In this document: one piece after another, positions 25,754 to 33,898 of the stretch
Layout: each line of letters starts with the position of its first letter
Numbering within the stretch: position 1 is the first letter of the stretch
Assembly: GCA_009786315.1 (NCBI GenBank)
Contig: WQTM01000232.1
Span: 1 to 46,789 of the forward strand
Direction of reading: 5' to 3'
Origin: Pseudomonadota bacterium
GTDB lineage: Bacteria > Myxococcota > Myxococcia > Myxococcales > Myxococcaceae
DNA: 46,789 nucleotides
The notes under the pieces: model-generated
The model's input: the letters and a program-made list of their open reading frames with translations, nothing else
What the model was told of the DNA's origin: nothing
The model's database searches: none
Position numbers and translations under genes: made by a program

Positions 25754-27766
25754 TTAGGGTGCAAGCATTTGCACCATCAACCCCTGTTGGCCCTCTTTAA
25801 ATTGGAAAAGCAAACGACTTCGAAAAGCTTTTAGCTCTGCGTAGGCCAACTCGACACCTCTCCCATGCGCAGAAGGATCTCTCAATGTCTGCTTGGCCCA
25901 AGAAACAAACGCAATCAAATCAGCATAAAAATCATCTGAAAACCCATAGTTTTCATTCAAAAATGTACGAAATGTTTCCAAATAGGACTCCTGGCGCTTC
26001 TCCAAAGCCCTCATAATTTCTCCCATGGAAGGAATTCGCCGGTTGTCTGTACCATCAAAGGCAGCGACAAAGTTGTCAAAATATTCTGCCCGGCTTCCAC
26101 GTTTTTCACGAATGGCTTTGGCAATCAGTTTTTCTCTGCGCAACTTATCCACATTTAGCCAGGCCTCAAAGCGCTCTACGAAGAGGACACACAACAAACG
26201 CTCCAACACGCCAGAATACAAAACCGCAATGGCCGCCGCAGGCAGTTGGGTGTAGAGCGCTGTTTGGAATGTACGCTCAGCTATACGAAACAATTTCATG
26301 AGGGGTGCAGGGCACTGGTGTGTGTGCTCGTTCAAAGCCAAAGCAATGTTTTCTTCTGTTTTGTGCTCAATCTCTTTTTCTCGGTTTATCAGCTCCGCTT
26401 GCAGTTGTGTTTTGAGGTCTTCTTTTTTTGACTGCTCTATGTTGCTGATGCGCTCTTGCGTTTCTTGGACCAGTTGGTTGGTTTGTTGCTCGGCTTTTGT
26501 GCGAGCAGAGCGAAGTTTTTGCAACTCTTCGCGCAAAGCAGACAATTCATTTTCACGCAACATGAAGTGGGACTTCAGCGCCTTTATTTCCGCATGGGTC
26601 TTTTCAAGCTGAGCCTTGGCTTCTTGTTCTAACTTTTGTTTCCAAGCAGTCCTCTTCTCCACCAACTCAAGCCCCTGTATGGCCTCAGGGTATGCATTCC
26701 AATAACTCAGCGCTTTTTGGAAATGCTCTGCAGCCATTTTAAAGTCGGCTTTTTCAATGAAAATATGCCCCATGTCCGCGTGAATGAAAGCCAACAGCAT
26801 GTGGCTTTGAAGTTGACGTACCCCCAATGCTTGCAACAACACTGCATGGGCCTCGTCGTTTTGGCCGGATAGGCGCAAGGCATGCCCCTTCTCCGCAAAA
26901 AACTCCACCTCAAGCTCGTCTGAGTTTGAGGTGTCTTCTAAATAGCGCAAAGCAAGCGCGGGTTGGTGTCGTTGGTTTGCAATACGTGCCATCCACAACC
27001 TCTCCTCCACACTCGGCCCCGCTTCTAAAAAATGCACCATCAACGTGTCTGCCTTCTCTATTTTTCCAGCAAGCTGTGCGGCATAGGCCATTATGGCCTC
27101 CTGCTCCTTGGGCAACTTCTTCTGCTGCTCCAACTCCTCGAAAAACGCATAGGCGGTTTGTGGCTCGTTCGAATAGAGACGACAAATGGCTTGAGCGGAC
27201 AAAATGGATGATTCAAACGGAGACGCGTCTTTTTGGCGCAAAATCTCTTCAAGCATGGCTTCTGCTTCGGAAAATTTGGCCATGAGAATTTTCACCCATG
27301 CGGTCATTAACCGAACACGTGCGTTGGGTGCACGCAAAATGGCAAGGCCCAAAACCGATGCCGCTTCATGCAAACGGCCAGCTTTGAGCAGCGCATGGGC
27401 ATAGTCCACCAGAAAGTCAGGCTCCTTCAAAAGCTGCGCTTTTATTTTGCCAAACAAAGCCAGGCCCTCTTCTACATCATCCTCCTCTGTTACAATCGCC
27501 GCCCACAAAGCTTGGACACGTAAATTTTCTGGGTGTGTGTCCAACAGGCGCCTGAGCTCGGCCTTCGCTTCTTCCACCTTTGAGGCCTCTCGGAGCAGGC
27601 TGGCAAAAAGTATGTGGACATCCAAGCTGTTCATCTCGGAGGAATGTACAACCTCCCTCAATAACTCAATCGCACGCTCATTCTCATTATTGGCCTTGTA
27701 CATGAGTGCAGACTTGACCAATGAAACGGCACGCCGTTTGCTAAGCCTTGCTTTTTTGTTCGCCAT
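25754..27766 (-). CDS. TPR-repeat / coiled-coil protein with a C-terminal HEPN-like domain (LRDPSAHG)
   Basis: About 370 aa of TPR-like helical repeats, then about 110 aa of heptad-rich coiled coil (EQEAKAQLEKTHAEIKALK...). A roughly 190-aa helical C-terminal domain carries RDPSAH (Rx4H) about 40 aa from the end. Confidence 0.6.
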   Translation of the reverse strand: MANKKARLSKRRAVSLVKSALMYKANNENERAIELLREVVHSSEMNSLDVHILFASLLREASKVEEAKAELRRLLDTHPENLRVQALWAAIVTEEDDVEEGLALFGKIKAQLLKEPDFLVDYAHALLKAGRLHEAASVLGLAILRAPNARVRLMTAWVKILMAKFSEAEAMLEEILRQKDASPFESSILSAQAICRLYSNEPQTAYAFFEELEQQKKLPKEQEAIMAYAAQLAGKIEKADTLMVHFLEAGPSVEERLWMARIANQRHQPALALRYLEDTSNSDELEVEFFAEKGHALRLSGQNDEAHAVLLQALGVRQLQSHMLLAFIHADMGHIFIEKADFKMAAEHFQKALSYWNAYPEAIQGLELVEKRTAWKQKLEQEAKAQLEKTHAEIKALKSHFMLRENELSALREELQKLRSARTKAEQQTNQLVQETQERISNIEQSKKEDLKTQLQAELINREKEIEHKTEENIALALNEHTHQCPAPLMKLFRIAERTFQTALYTQLPAAAIAVLYSGVLERLLCVLFVERFEAWLNVDKLRREKLIAKAIREKRGSRAEYFDNFVAAFDGTDNRRIPSMGEIMRALEKRQESYLETFRTFLNENYGFSDDFYADLIAFVSWAKQTLRDPSAHGRGVELAYAELKAFRSRLLFQFKEGQQGLMVQMLAP

Positions 27767-27983
27767 CTGAAGAACCTATCATAAAAAAGCCCCTGACTAC
27801 AGGCACTTCTTGAGTGCCCACAGCCAACTTGCCCAAATGTCTTTCGAATTTGGAGCGCGTTTTTAGAAGAAAAACACCATTTCCCAGCAACTCTTGGGCC
27901 TCTAAAAACAAAAAACGCAAACAGGGACTAAATTTCATATTGCAAATTAAACCTCTTATGGAAAATCCGGGTATATATAGCAT

Positions 27984-29303
27984 GTGTTTCAACAGCTGCG
28001 ACTGCTCTTTTGTTGCTTCGACTTCGTCCCGACAGCTTCCATGCTCTCGCGGCGCATTACCTATTATATTAAGGCCCTCTCAAAAAATTTTGACGTCTCG
28101 CTCCTGTGCATCAAAGGCGCAGAGCACCCGCACATTGAGCACTATGAGAAAGCACGTATCCTGCGCGTCCCTCTAAAACAAGGGACGCTTCAAGAGCGCA
28201 TGGAACAGTTCGAACGTGCCCTCAGACGCCAACTCGAAAGCGAAGACTATACCGTTGTGCATAGCTTTGACTTTGTCTGCGGCTCTGTCCTCGCCGACCT
28301 TAAAAAACAGCTCGGCTACCACTTGGTCTTCGAAGCTTCAACACTCTGCTCGCAAGAGTGGCCCTATAGCCCACTCGAGTTGGCCCCCTCCCCAAAATTC
28401 CTGGAAAATATAAAATCTGCCGAAAACCACGTAGCCTCCCATTCGGATGCCCTCATCGTCGCTACCGCTCAACAAAAAAAATACTTGCAAAACCAGGGGC
28501 TTGGAAAAATTCCTGTCCATGTCCTCTATACCCCGGCCTCCCCTTTGACAAAAAAACCAATAAATACCAAACCCTATTTCCAGCTCCTCCACCTGGGTGG
28601 ACAAAACCAATATGCCTCCGCGCGAACCACCCTTAACGCCTTCAATACCCTCCCTCCACCATTGAAAATTCAACTGGCCTTCGGCGGCCACTATTGTGCA
28701 AAAACAAAAGCACGCCTAAATACATTTAGAGAAACCCTCAACCCTAAGGGAATTGTGGTATGGCCAAACCTAGACTGTGAAACAGAAACAGGCCCCCTCT
28801 GCGCCCAGGCCAATGCAGGCCTGCTCGCGTTGGAGCTTGAACCTAGAAATGTGGAGTTTGGGGGCGCTATGCCGGAATTAGCAGATTTTTGTCGCTGGGG
28901 GTTGCCTATCATCGCTGCCAACCTCCCTTGCATCCGTGAGTTCCTTAACCAAAACGAAGCCCTCTTCTTCCCTCCAGGCAACAGCACCATGCTGGCTGAA
29001 TGTATGAAAACACTGGCCTCTTCCCCCAAATTGCAAACCTATCTCTCCTCGGCCTCCCTCGCAAAAGCCCCCCTCTTCCGCCCTTCTGTCTTCACCAATG
29101 AGACTTTGCGCCTCTATCATGAATGGACTGGCAAACAACTCGTACCATCAGAAACGTTTTTCGAGCTCATGCCGGATATAACCCCTGCTGCTTTTACCCC
29201 CTCGAAGGCTTGTACGACACCTGGCCTGCCCTCCTCCTTCCTCCCCCAAGAACAAGATACCATTATCTCCCCACCCGCTTCACTTTCTCCATTCCTCGAG
29301 TAA
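27984..29303 (+). CDS. GT-B fold glycosyltransferase (GT4-like, divergent)
   Basis: N-terminal beta1-like LRLLFCCFDF requires the GTG start at 27984. The C-terminal EFGGAMPELADFCRWGLPIIAANLPCIREF resembles the GT4 E-x7-E region. Confidence 0.55.
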   Translation: MFQQLRLLFCCFDFVPTASMLSRRITYYIKALSKNFDVSLLCIKGAEHPHIEHYEKARILRVPLKQGTLQERMEQFERALRRQLESEDYTVVHSFDFVCGSVLADLKKQLGYHLVFEASTLCSQEWPYSPLELAPSPKFLENIKSAENHVASHSDALIVATAQQKKYLQNQGLGKIPVHVLYTPASPLTKKPINTKPYFQLLHLGGQNQYASARTTLNAFNTLPPPLKIQLAFGGHYCAKTKARLNTFRETLNPKGIVVWPNLDCETETGPLCAQANAGLLALELEPRNVEFGGAMPELADFCRWGLPIIAANLPCIREFLNQNEALFFPPGNSTMLAECMKTLASSPKLQTYLSSASLAKAPLFRPSVFTNETLRLYHEWTGKQLVPSETFFELMPDITPAAFTPSKACTTPGLPSSFLPQEQDTIISPPASLSPFLE

Positions 29304-29436
29304 AATGCCTCCACCCGCAAAACAGTTGTTCGGCCCTGCTGTCTAGAACAGTAGACTCCCTAAGAATTTTTTGTCGCAACCCTGGCGTATCCCATTCATC
29401 CCTCTAAAATGACACACACCTTTGAACCTTAAACTC

Positions 29437-32400
29437 ATGAATCGGCGAATCCTCATAGTTGAAAACGAAGAAGCGTTGGCAAACAACCTCGTCGCTGCCC
29501 TTACAGCCGCAGGTTATGAAACAACTTGTGTCTCGAGAGCATCCGATGCTTCCCAGGAATTTAAGAAACAGCCTCCCAGCGCTGTCTTGCTTAGAGCAGA
29601 AATCCCCGACGGGGGCTTCTCCCTATGCAGTGCCGTCCAAAAAGGAAAATTGGGACCAAGGGTGCCTGTTATTCTCGTCTCTTCAGACGTCCCCCAGGAC
29701 AGCCTGGAACAACACGCCCAAAGCCCCAGCGCTGCACAGGCTTATTTCTCCATCCCCCTCGACATGAATGCCTTGCTCCAGCAGCTTCAAACCCTCGTGC
29801 CCTTGCCTCAAAACGAACAGCTCGTTCAGGGCGAAATGGAAAACCCTCCCAACGAAGAGGAAGAATTTTTGGAGCGTACGCCTACCAACCCAACTCCCTT
29901 CCCTGTCCAAGAAGACTTGCCAGAACTCGAGGAGTCTCCCCCAGCCTCCCTGCCCCAGGAGCAAATGCCTGAGGACTTGTCCGAAAGTACTGTGGTTGGC
30001 GCCAAAGCCACCCCCCCCACGGCAGAACCCCCCGGGAGTGCCTCTTTGGATTCTTCGGAGGCAACGGATTCGGATGAGCTCGATGCAAGCTTTGAGTCCG
30101 CCTTGGCAGGAGAAATTCCCTCGCCTAAACCCCCTGCCCCCACCCCTGCCCCTATCCGCCTAACCGTAAATGTGCCCCCAAGGCTTCCTCGCCGCGAACG
30201 CCGCAGCTTGCTTTCTGAAGAGGACCGCAACTTTTTGGAGCGCGCTTTTCAGTCGGTCGCCGACAGAAAGACAGAGCTGCTTGCAGAGTCCAGGGAAACA
30301 CGCCGCCCCAGTATCCGAAGAGACCTCATGGGGACTCCCGAAGGAAAAATCCAAATCCTCAGGGAGGAATTGAAAGCACGCGAAGCACAGGTCGCTCGTT
30401 TGTCAGAAATCTGGTCTGTCCGCGAGAGGGAGCTCAACTCTGTCGAAAGCTTCATCAATGAAAAAGATACGGAGCTCTATGGCCTCAAAACTCAGTTTGA
30501 TGAGTTGGCTCGTCGACTTCAAGACGCCCAACAAAATCTCATCGACAAAGAGCGTGAGCATGGTCAAACCATTGAAGAGTTGTTGTTGCAAAAATACATC
30601 GGAGAAAAAGAAGTCATCGAAGTCGTTTCTCAAAAAGAAAAAGAAATTGACTCGCTCCGAATGGACATGCGCACCAAAGAAAGTGCGCTCGATAAAATTT
30701 CTGAAAACGTTGAAGAACAACGCAAAGAAATCGCCCGCCTTGAGCGCGAGCTGCAAGTCTTAACGTTTGAAAGTGAAGTGCGAGAGAAGGATTTGCAAGC
30801 AGCTGTTGAGTTTCGCGAGAGCGAGTTGGGGCGTCTCCAAACGGAAATTGAAGAAAATCGAAACCATTTTCAGGAGCTGTCTTCAGAGAGAGATATACGT
30901 TTTGCTGAATATGAAGACAAACTGAGCGGTCTCGAAAATGAACTCGAGCAAACCAAGGCAGAGCATTTTCAACAAACTCAAAATCTGCAAAACCAGCTGG
31001 GCAGCGCTACAGAAACAAATGAGCAACTCGAAAATGAGCTCTCCCAACTGAGAGCAGAAACCACAGAGGCAGCGGCTCAAACCGCAGAAAAACAAAGTTC
31101 GCTGGAAAGCGAGCTTTTTGTCCTGAGCACCAAGCTCGAGTCCATTGAGCAAGAGCGCGCAGAAATGGAACAATCCCTTTCTGATCGCATCGCCGACCAA
31201 GACAACCGCATCGTTGCGTTGGAGCGCGAACTTGCTGATACCTTGGAAAAAAGAGACCAGGAAGAATCTGAATTCCAACAACAAATTCAAGAAAAGTTGG
31301 AACGCATCGGTGAGCTGGAAGGTGAAGTGGAGGCCGTTCAGGCAGCCTTGGTTGATAGAGAAAACGAATTGCTGGAAGAGCTTCAGCAGTTGGAAGAAAC
31401 CAAAACTCAAATTGAGACGGAGCTCAAACAGCAACTGGAGGAATTGCAACAAAAACTTGCCGAAACCTTCGAAAAACTCGGTCGCTCTGAAAATACGGCA
31501 GAAGAGCGCGCAATTGAGCTTGAGCAGGCACAAGACGAGTTGCAAGACAAATCTTCAAAACTGGACACAGCACTTCTTTCCATTGAAGAGCTGGAGCGAG
31601 GGCTGGCCCAGCACCAGGAACAAATTGACGAATTGTCGAGAATATGTGCCGACAAAGAAACCTCTATCCGCAACCTCAATGCTGAATTGGAGCAGTTGGG
31701 CGCCACTCTAAGCAGCACGGAGCATGAGCTTGGTCAAACACACCATACGCTTCAAGCTCGCGAAGAAGAGCTCCAAGAGACACAAAGACATTTGGAGCGC
31801 GCTGAGCAAGACTTGCTGAGCACGAGAACATCTCTCGAGCTTTTGCGTGGCCGTTTTGAAGAGCTCACTGCAGAGAAAGAACAACTCCAAAACAACTTCG
31901 ACCAAACAGAAGCAGAGTTGAACGAGTTGCAGCAGAAACACAGCGACCAAAGCGAAGCTTTGGAGTTGGAGCGCGCGGCGCACGAAGACTTGCAAACAGA
32001 ATTGGATGAAAGCCTTGGAAAACTCAATTCTGAACTCAATAAGGTCCTCGAGCATAACCAAGACTTGGATGCCCTGTTAACCACCACGAAACAAGAGTTG
32101 GGAGCCAAGGTTGCCGAAGTGACTCAATTGTCGGCTTCTCTTGCTTATACGGAAGAAGGCCAAGCACGTGCCGAAGCGCGCCTTACGGCACTTTCAAATG
32201 AGTCTCAGCATACAGAAGAGCTTCTGCGAGGAGACTTGCTTCAAAAAGAAACCGAATGCGCAGATGCACTTCATCGCCTCGGTGTGTTGACGCAAGAGAA
32301 TAAGCGTATAGAAGAGGCACTCCAACGCGAAAGCCAAGCTCGAATAGAGGCCTTGCGCCAGTCAGAAGCCTCTTTCTATGAGCAACTCGCAGAGGCCAAA

Positions 32401-33288
32401 TCCGAAGCGGAAATCATGACAGCACGAGCTGCTGACTTTGAGATTGATTTGCGACGTGCTCGAGAAGAAATTGAACGCTTGCAACTCTTGGATACGCAAC
32501 GACAGTCTCTGGAGCAACGCTTCAACCAAAGACTGTCTGAAACCCAGGCGCATTCCGGCGAGCTTGCAACACGACTTCAACAAGAACAAGAGCTCAGCTC
32601 GCGTTTGCGCTCGGAACATAAACGCGCCGTTGATGAGCTTAACCTCAAACTTCAACGTACGGAAGGACGCGTTCAGCAGTTGCAGCATGAAACCAGCAAC
32701 AGAAGCGTTGACCAAGAAGCCAGACTCCGAGAAGCTCAAAATATGCTCAGCGCCCGCAGCAAACGCATTGCTGAGCTTGAGCAAAACTTGGAAGCAGCCA
32801 ATGCCAACCGAATCCGAATTGACAAAGAACAACAAACACGGATTGCTGTTGCCGAATCCAAAGCCGCTGAGTCAGCCAACCGTTTGGCCATTGCCTTGCG
32901 CGAAAAGAAAGAATTGGAATCCCGCCAGGACAAAGAGCTCAACGAATTGTTTTCTAAACAAAAAGCAGAAATGGAAAGAAGAGACGCCCTGCGCGGACAA
33001 GAACTCAAAAGACTTCAAGCCGCAGTGCAGGAAAAAAGCAAAGCCCTTAAAGTCGCTGAAATGGAGTTGGAGCGCTTGAGGAACCGTGCAACGCCTGGTG
33101 TTGCTGCTCGGGCGTCGTTTAGAGCTCCCACCATCCCCCCGGTGGCGCCTCGCTCCCCTCCTCCCCATCTCCCCCCGCACCCCTCTTCCCCGGGCATCCC
33201 TGCCGGCCCATTGGGCGGGCTACAGTCGAATGCTACGCCTGTTAGCGATGAAGATGTGGACAGTTTGGTTGAAAAGCTTAGTGATTAG
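29437..33288 (+). CDS. AglZ/FrzS-like protein: N-terminal pseudo-receiver, Pro/Glu-rich linker, coiled coil of about 950 aa, Pro-rich tail
   Basis: Receiver fold begins RILIVENEEALANNL. The phospho-acceptor position reads R (VLLRAEIPDGG) and the conserved Lys reads I (YFSIP). The rest is continuous heptad-rich E/Q/L/R sequence. Start at the ATG at 29437; the ORF-track start at 29422 is TTG. Confidence 0.75.
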   Translation: MNRRILIVENEEALANNLVAALTAAGYETTCVSRASDASQEFKKQPPSAVLLRAEIPDGGFSLCSAVQKGKLGPRVPVILVSSDVPQDSLEQHAQSPSAAQAYFSIPLDMNALLQQLQTLVPLPQNEQLVQGEMENPPNEEEEFLERTPTNPTPFPVQEDLPELEESPPASLPQEQMPEDLSESTVVGAKATPPTAEPPGSASLDSSEATDSDELDASFESALAGEIPSPKPPAPTPAPIRLTVNVPPRLPRRERRSLLSEEDRNFLERAFQSVADRKTELLAESRETRRPSIRRDLMGTPEGKIQILREELKAREAQVARLSEIWSVRERELNSVESFINEKDTELYGLKTQFDELARRLQDAQQNLIDKEREHGQTIEELLLQKYIGEKEVIEVVSQKEKEIDSLRMDMRTKESALDKISENVEEQRKEIARLERELQVLTFESEVREKDLQAAVEFRESELGRLQTEIEENRNHFQELSSERDIRFAEYEDKLSGLENELEQTKAEHFQQTQNLQNQLGSATETNEQLENELSQLRAETTEAAAQTAEKQSSLESELFVLSTKLESIEQERAEMEQSLSDRIADQDNRIVALERELADTLEKRDQEESEFQQQIQEKLERIGELEGEVEAVQAALVDRENELLEELQQLEETKTQIETELKQQLEELQQKLAETFEKLGRSENTAEERAIELEQAQDELQDKSSKLDTALLSIEELERGLAQHQEQIDELSRICADKETSIRNLNAELEQLGATLSSTEHELGQTHHTLQAREEELQETQRHLERAEQDLLSTRTSLELLRGRFEELTAEKEQLQNNFDQTEAELNELQQKHSDQSEALELERAAHEDLQTELDESLGKLNSELNKVLEHNQDLDALLTTTKQELGAKVAEVTQLSASLAYTEEGQARAEARLTALSNESQHTEELLRGDLLQKETECADALHRLGVLTQENKRIEEALQRESQARIEALRQSEASFYEQLAEAKSEAEIMTARAADFEIDLRRAREEIERLQLLDTQRQSLEQRFNQRLSETQAHSGELATRLQQEQELSSRLRSEHKRAVDELNLKLQRTEGRVQQLQHETSNRSVDQEARLREAQNMLSARSKRIAELEQNLEAANANRIRIDKEQQTRIAVAESKAAESANRLAIALREKKELESRQDKELNELFSKQKAEMERRDALRGQELKRLQAAVQEKSKALKVAEMELERLRNRATPGVAARASFRAPTIPPVAPRSPPPHLPPHPSSPGIPAGPLGGLQSNATPVSDEDVDSLVEKLSD

Positions 33289-33348
33289 AAATGTACAGCA
33301 TTCTCGCTTTGGGGCTTGCTCTGTGGATGCAGCAACCCCAACGCGAAG

Positions 33349-33437
33349 TTGTGCAAAAACTGTGCGCAAGCTGCTCCAAAACCTGTGCAGAAGCTGTGCG
33401 TAGACTGTGAATAGGTTGTGAACAAGCTGTGCGTAAC
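33349..33437. repeat. Eight tandem 11-bp units, consensus CTGTGCnnAAG, phased with the helical repeat
   Basis: TGTG (TGCT in unit 3) starts at 33350, 33361, 33372, 33384, 33395, 33406, 33417 and 33428. Non-coding, between the coiled-coil gene's stop (33288) and the tRNA-Gly promoter region. Confidence 0.8.
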
Positions 33438-33473
33438 ACGCAACGGAGGTGAAGGCAGAATTCTCTCTTGTAA

Positions 33474-33502
33474 CTTGACCCGGGCCGCTATGAGGGCTAG
33501 AA
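33474..33502 (+). promoter_or_regulatory. Candidate sigma70-type promoter for tRNA-Gly
   Basis: TTGACC (33474-33479), a 17-nt spacer, then TAGAAG (33497-33502), ending about 24 nt upstream of the mature tRNA 5' end. The -10 element is weak. Confidence 0.3.
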
Positions 33503-33525
33503 GCGGGCCGTAGTCAAGGCAGGCC

Positions 33526-33598
33526 GCGGTGGTAGCTCAGCTGGTAGAGCACGAGCTTCCCAAGCTCGGGGTCGCGGGTTCGATTCCCGTCCGCCGCT
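33526..33598 (+). tRNA. tRNA-Gly (anticodon CCC)
   Basis: Hand-folded. Acceptor GCGGTGG/CCGCCGC (one G-U pair). D arm GCTC-AGCTGGTA-GAGC. Anticodon stem CGAGC/GCTCG with loop TTCCCAA. T arm GCGGG-TTCGATT-CCCGT. Discriminator T. CCA is not encoded. Confidence 0.93.
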
Positions 33599-33619
33599 TC
33601 GAAGCACATTTTTTAAAAG

Positions 33620-33660
33620 CCCCACAAGGCCTCAAAAACTTTGTGGGGTTTTGTTTTTTT
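33620..33660 (+). terminator. Rho-independent terminator after tRNA-Gly
   Basis: Stem CCCCACAA (33620-33627) pairs with TTGTGGGG (33641-33648). It is followed by TTTTGTTTTTTT. Confidence 0.8.
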
Positions 33661-33898
33661 GCCCCTGCCTAAATGGTGAAATTAAAAAAATATGACTTGG
33701 CGAAAACACGTTTTTTTAGCAGGGGCAACTTCAGAGAGGGAAGCTCTTTTTTTTGAGGGGGTTGTCTGGCAATTTTCAAAAACCAACGGCCTGGTTGCAG
33801 GTTGCAAGAAGGCTTTTTAGAAAAGCAATGCCAGGTGATAGAAGTTATGAGACAGAAGTACGAGTTCCGCTGGCCTTAGGCGGTTTGAATGGCGAAGT

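Larger units (their letters stand above)
37..33349. other. placeholder removed
   Basis: Ignore this entry. The coordinates are invalid; the correct entry follows. Confidence 0.

Noticed and set aside
30883-32108. Several 100-220-aa ORFs on both strands inside the coiled-coil gene
   Set aside because: They are alternative-frame products of a low-complexity GAA/CAA/CTC-rich coding sequence. The 1284-aa frame is continuous and has the receiver domain.
33793-33806. Sigma-54 promoter (TGGTTGCAGGTTGCA) upstream of the 753-aa membrane protein gene
   Set aside because: The GG-to-GC spacing is 11 nt instead of the canonical 12, and the -24 element is TGGTTG rather than TGGCAC. It is more simply a GGTTGCA direct duplication.
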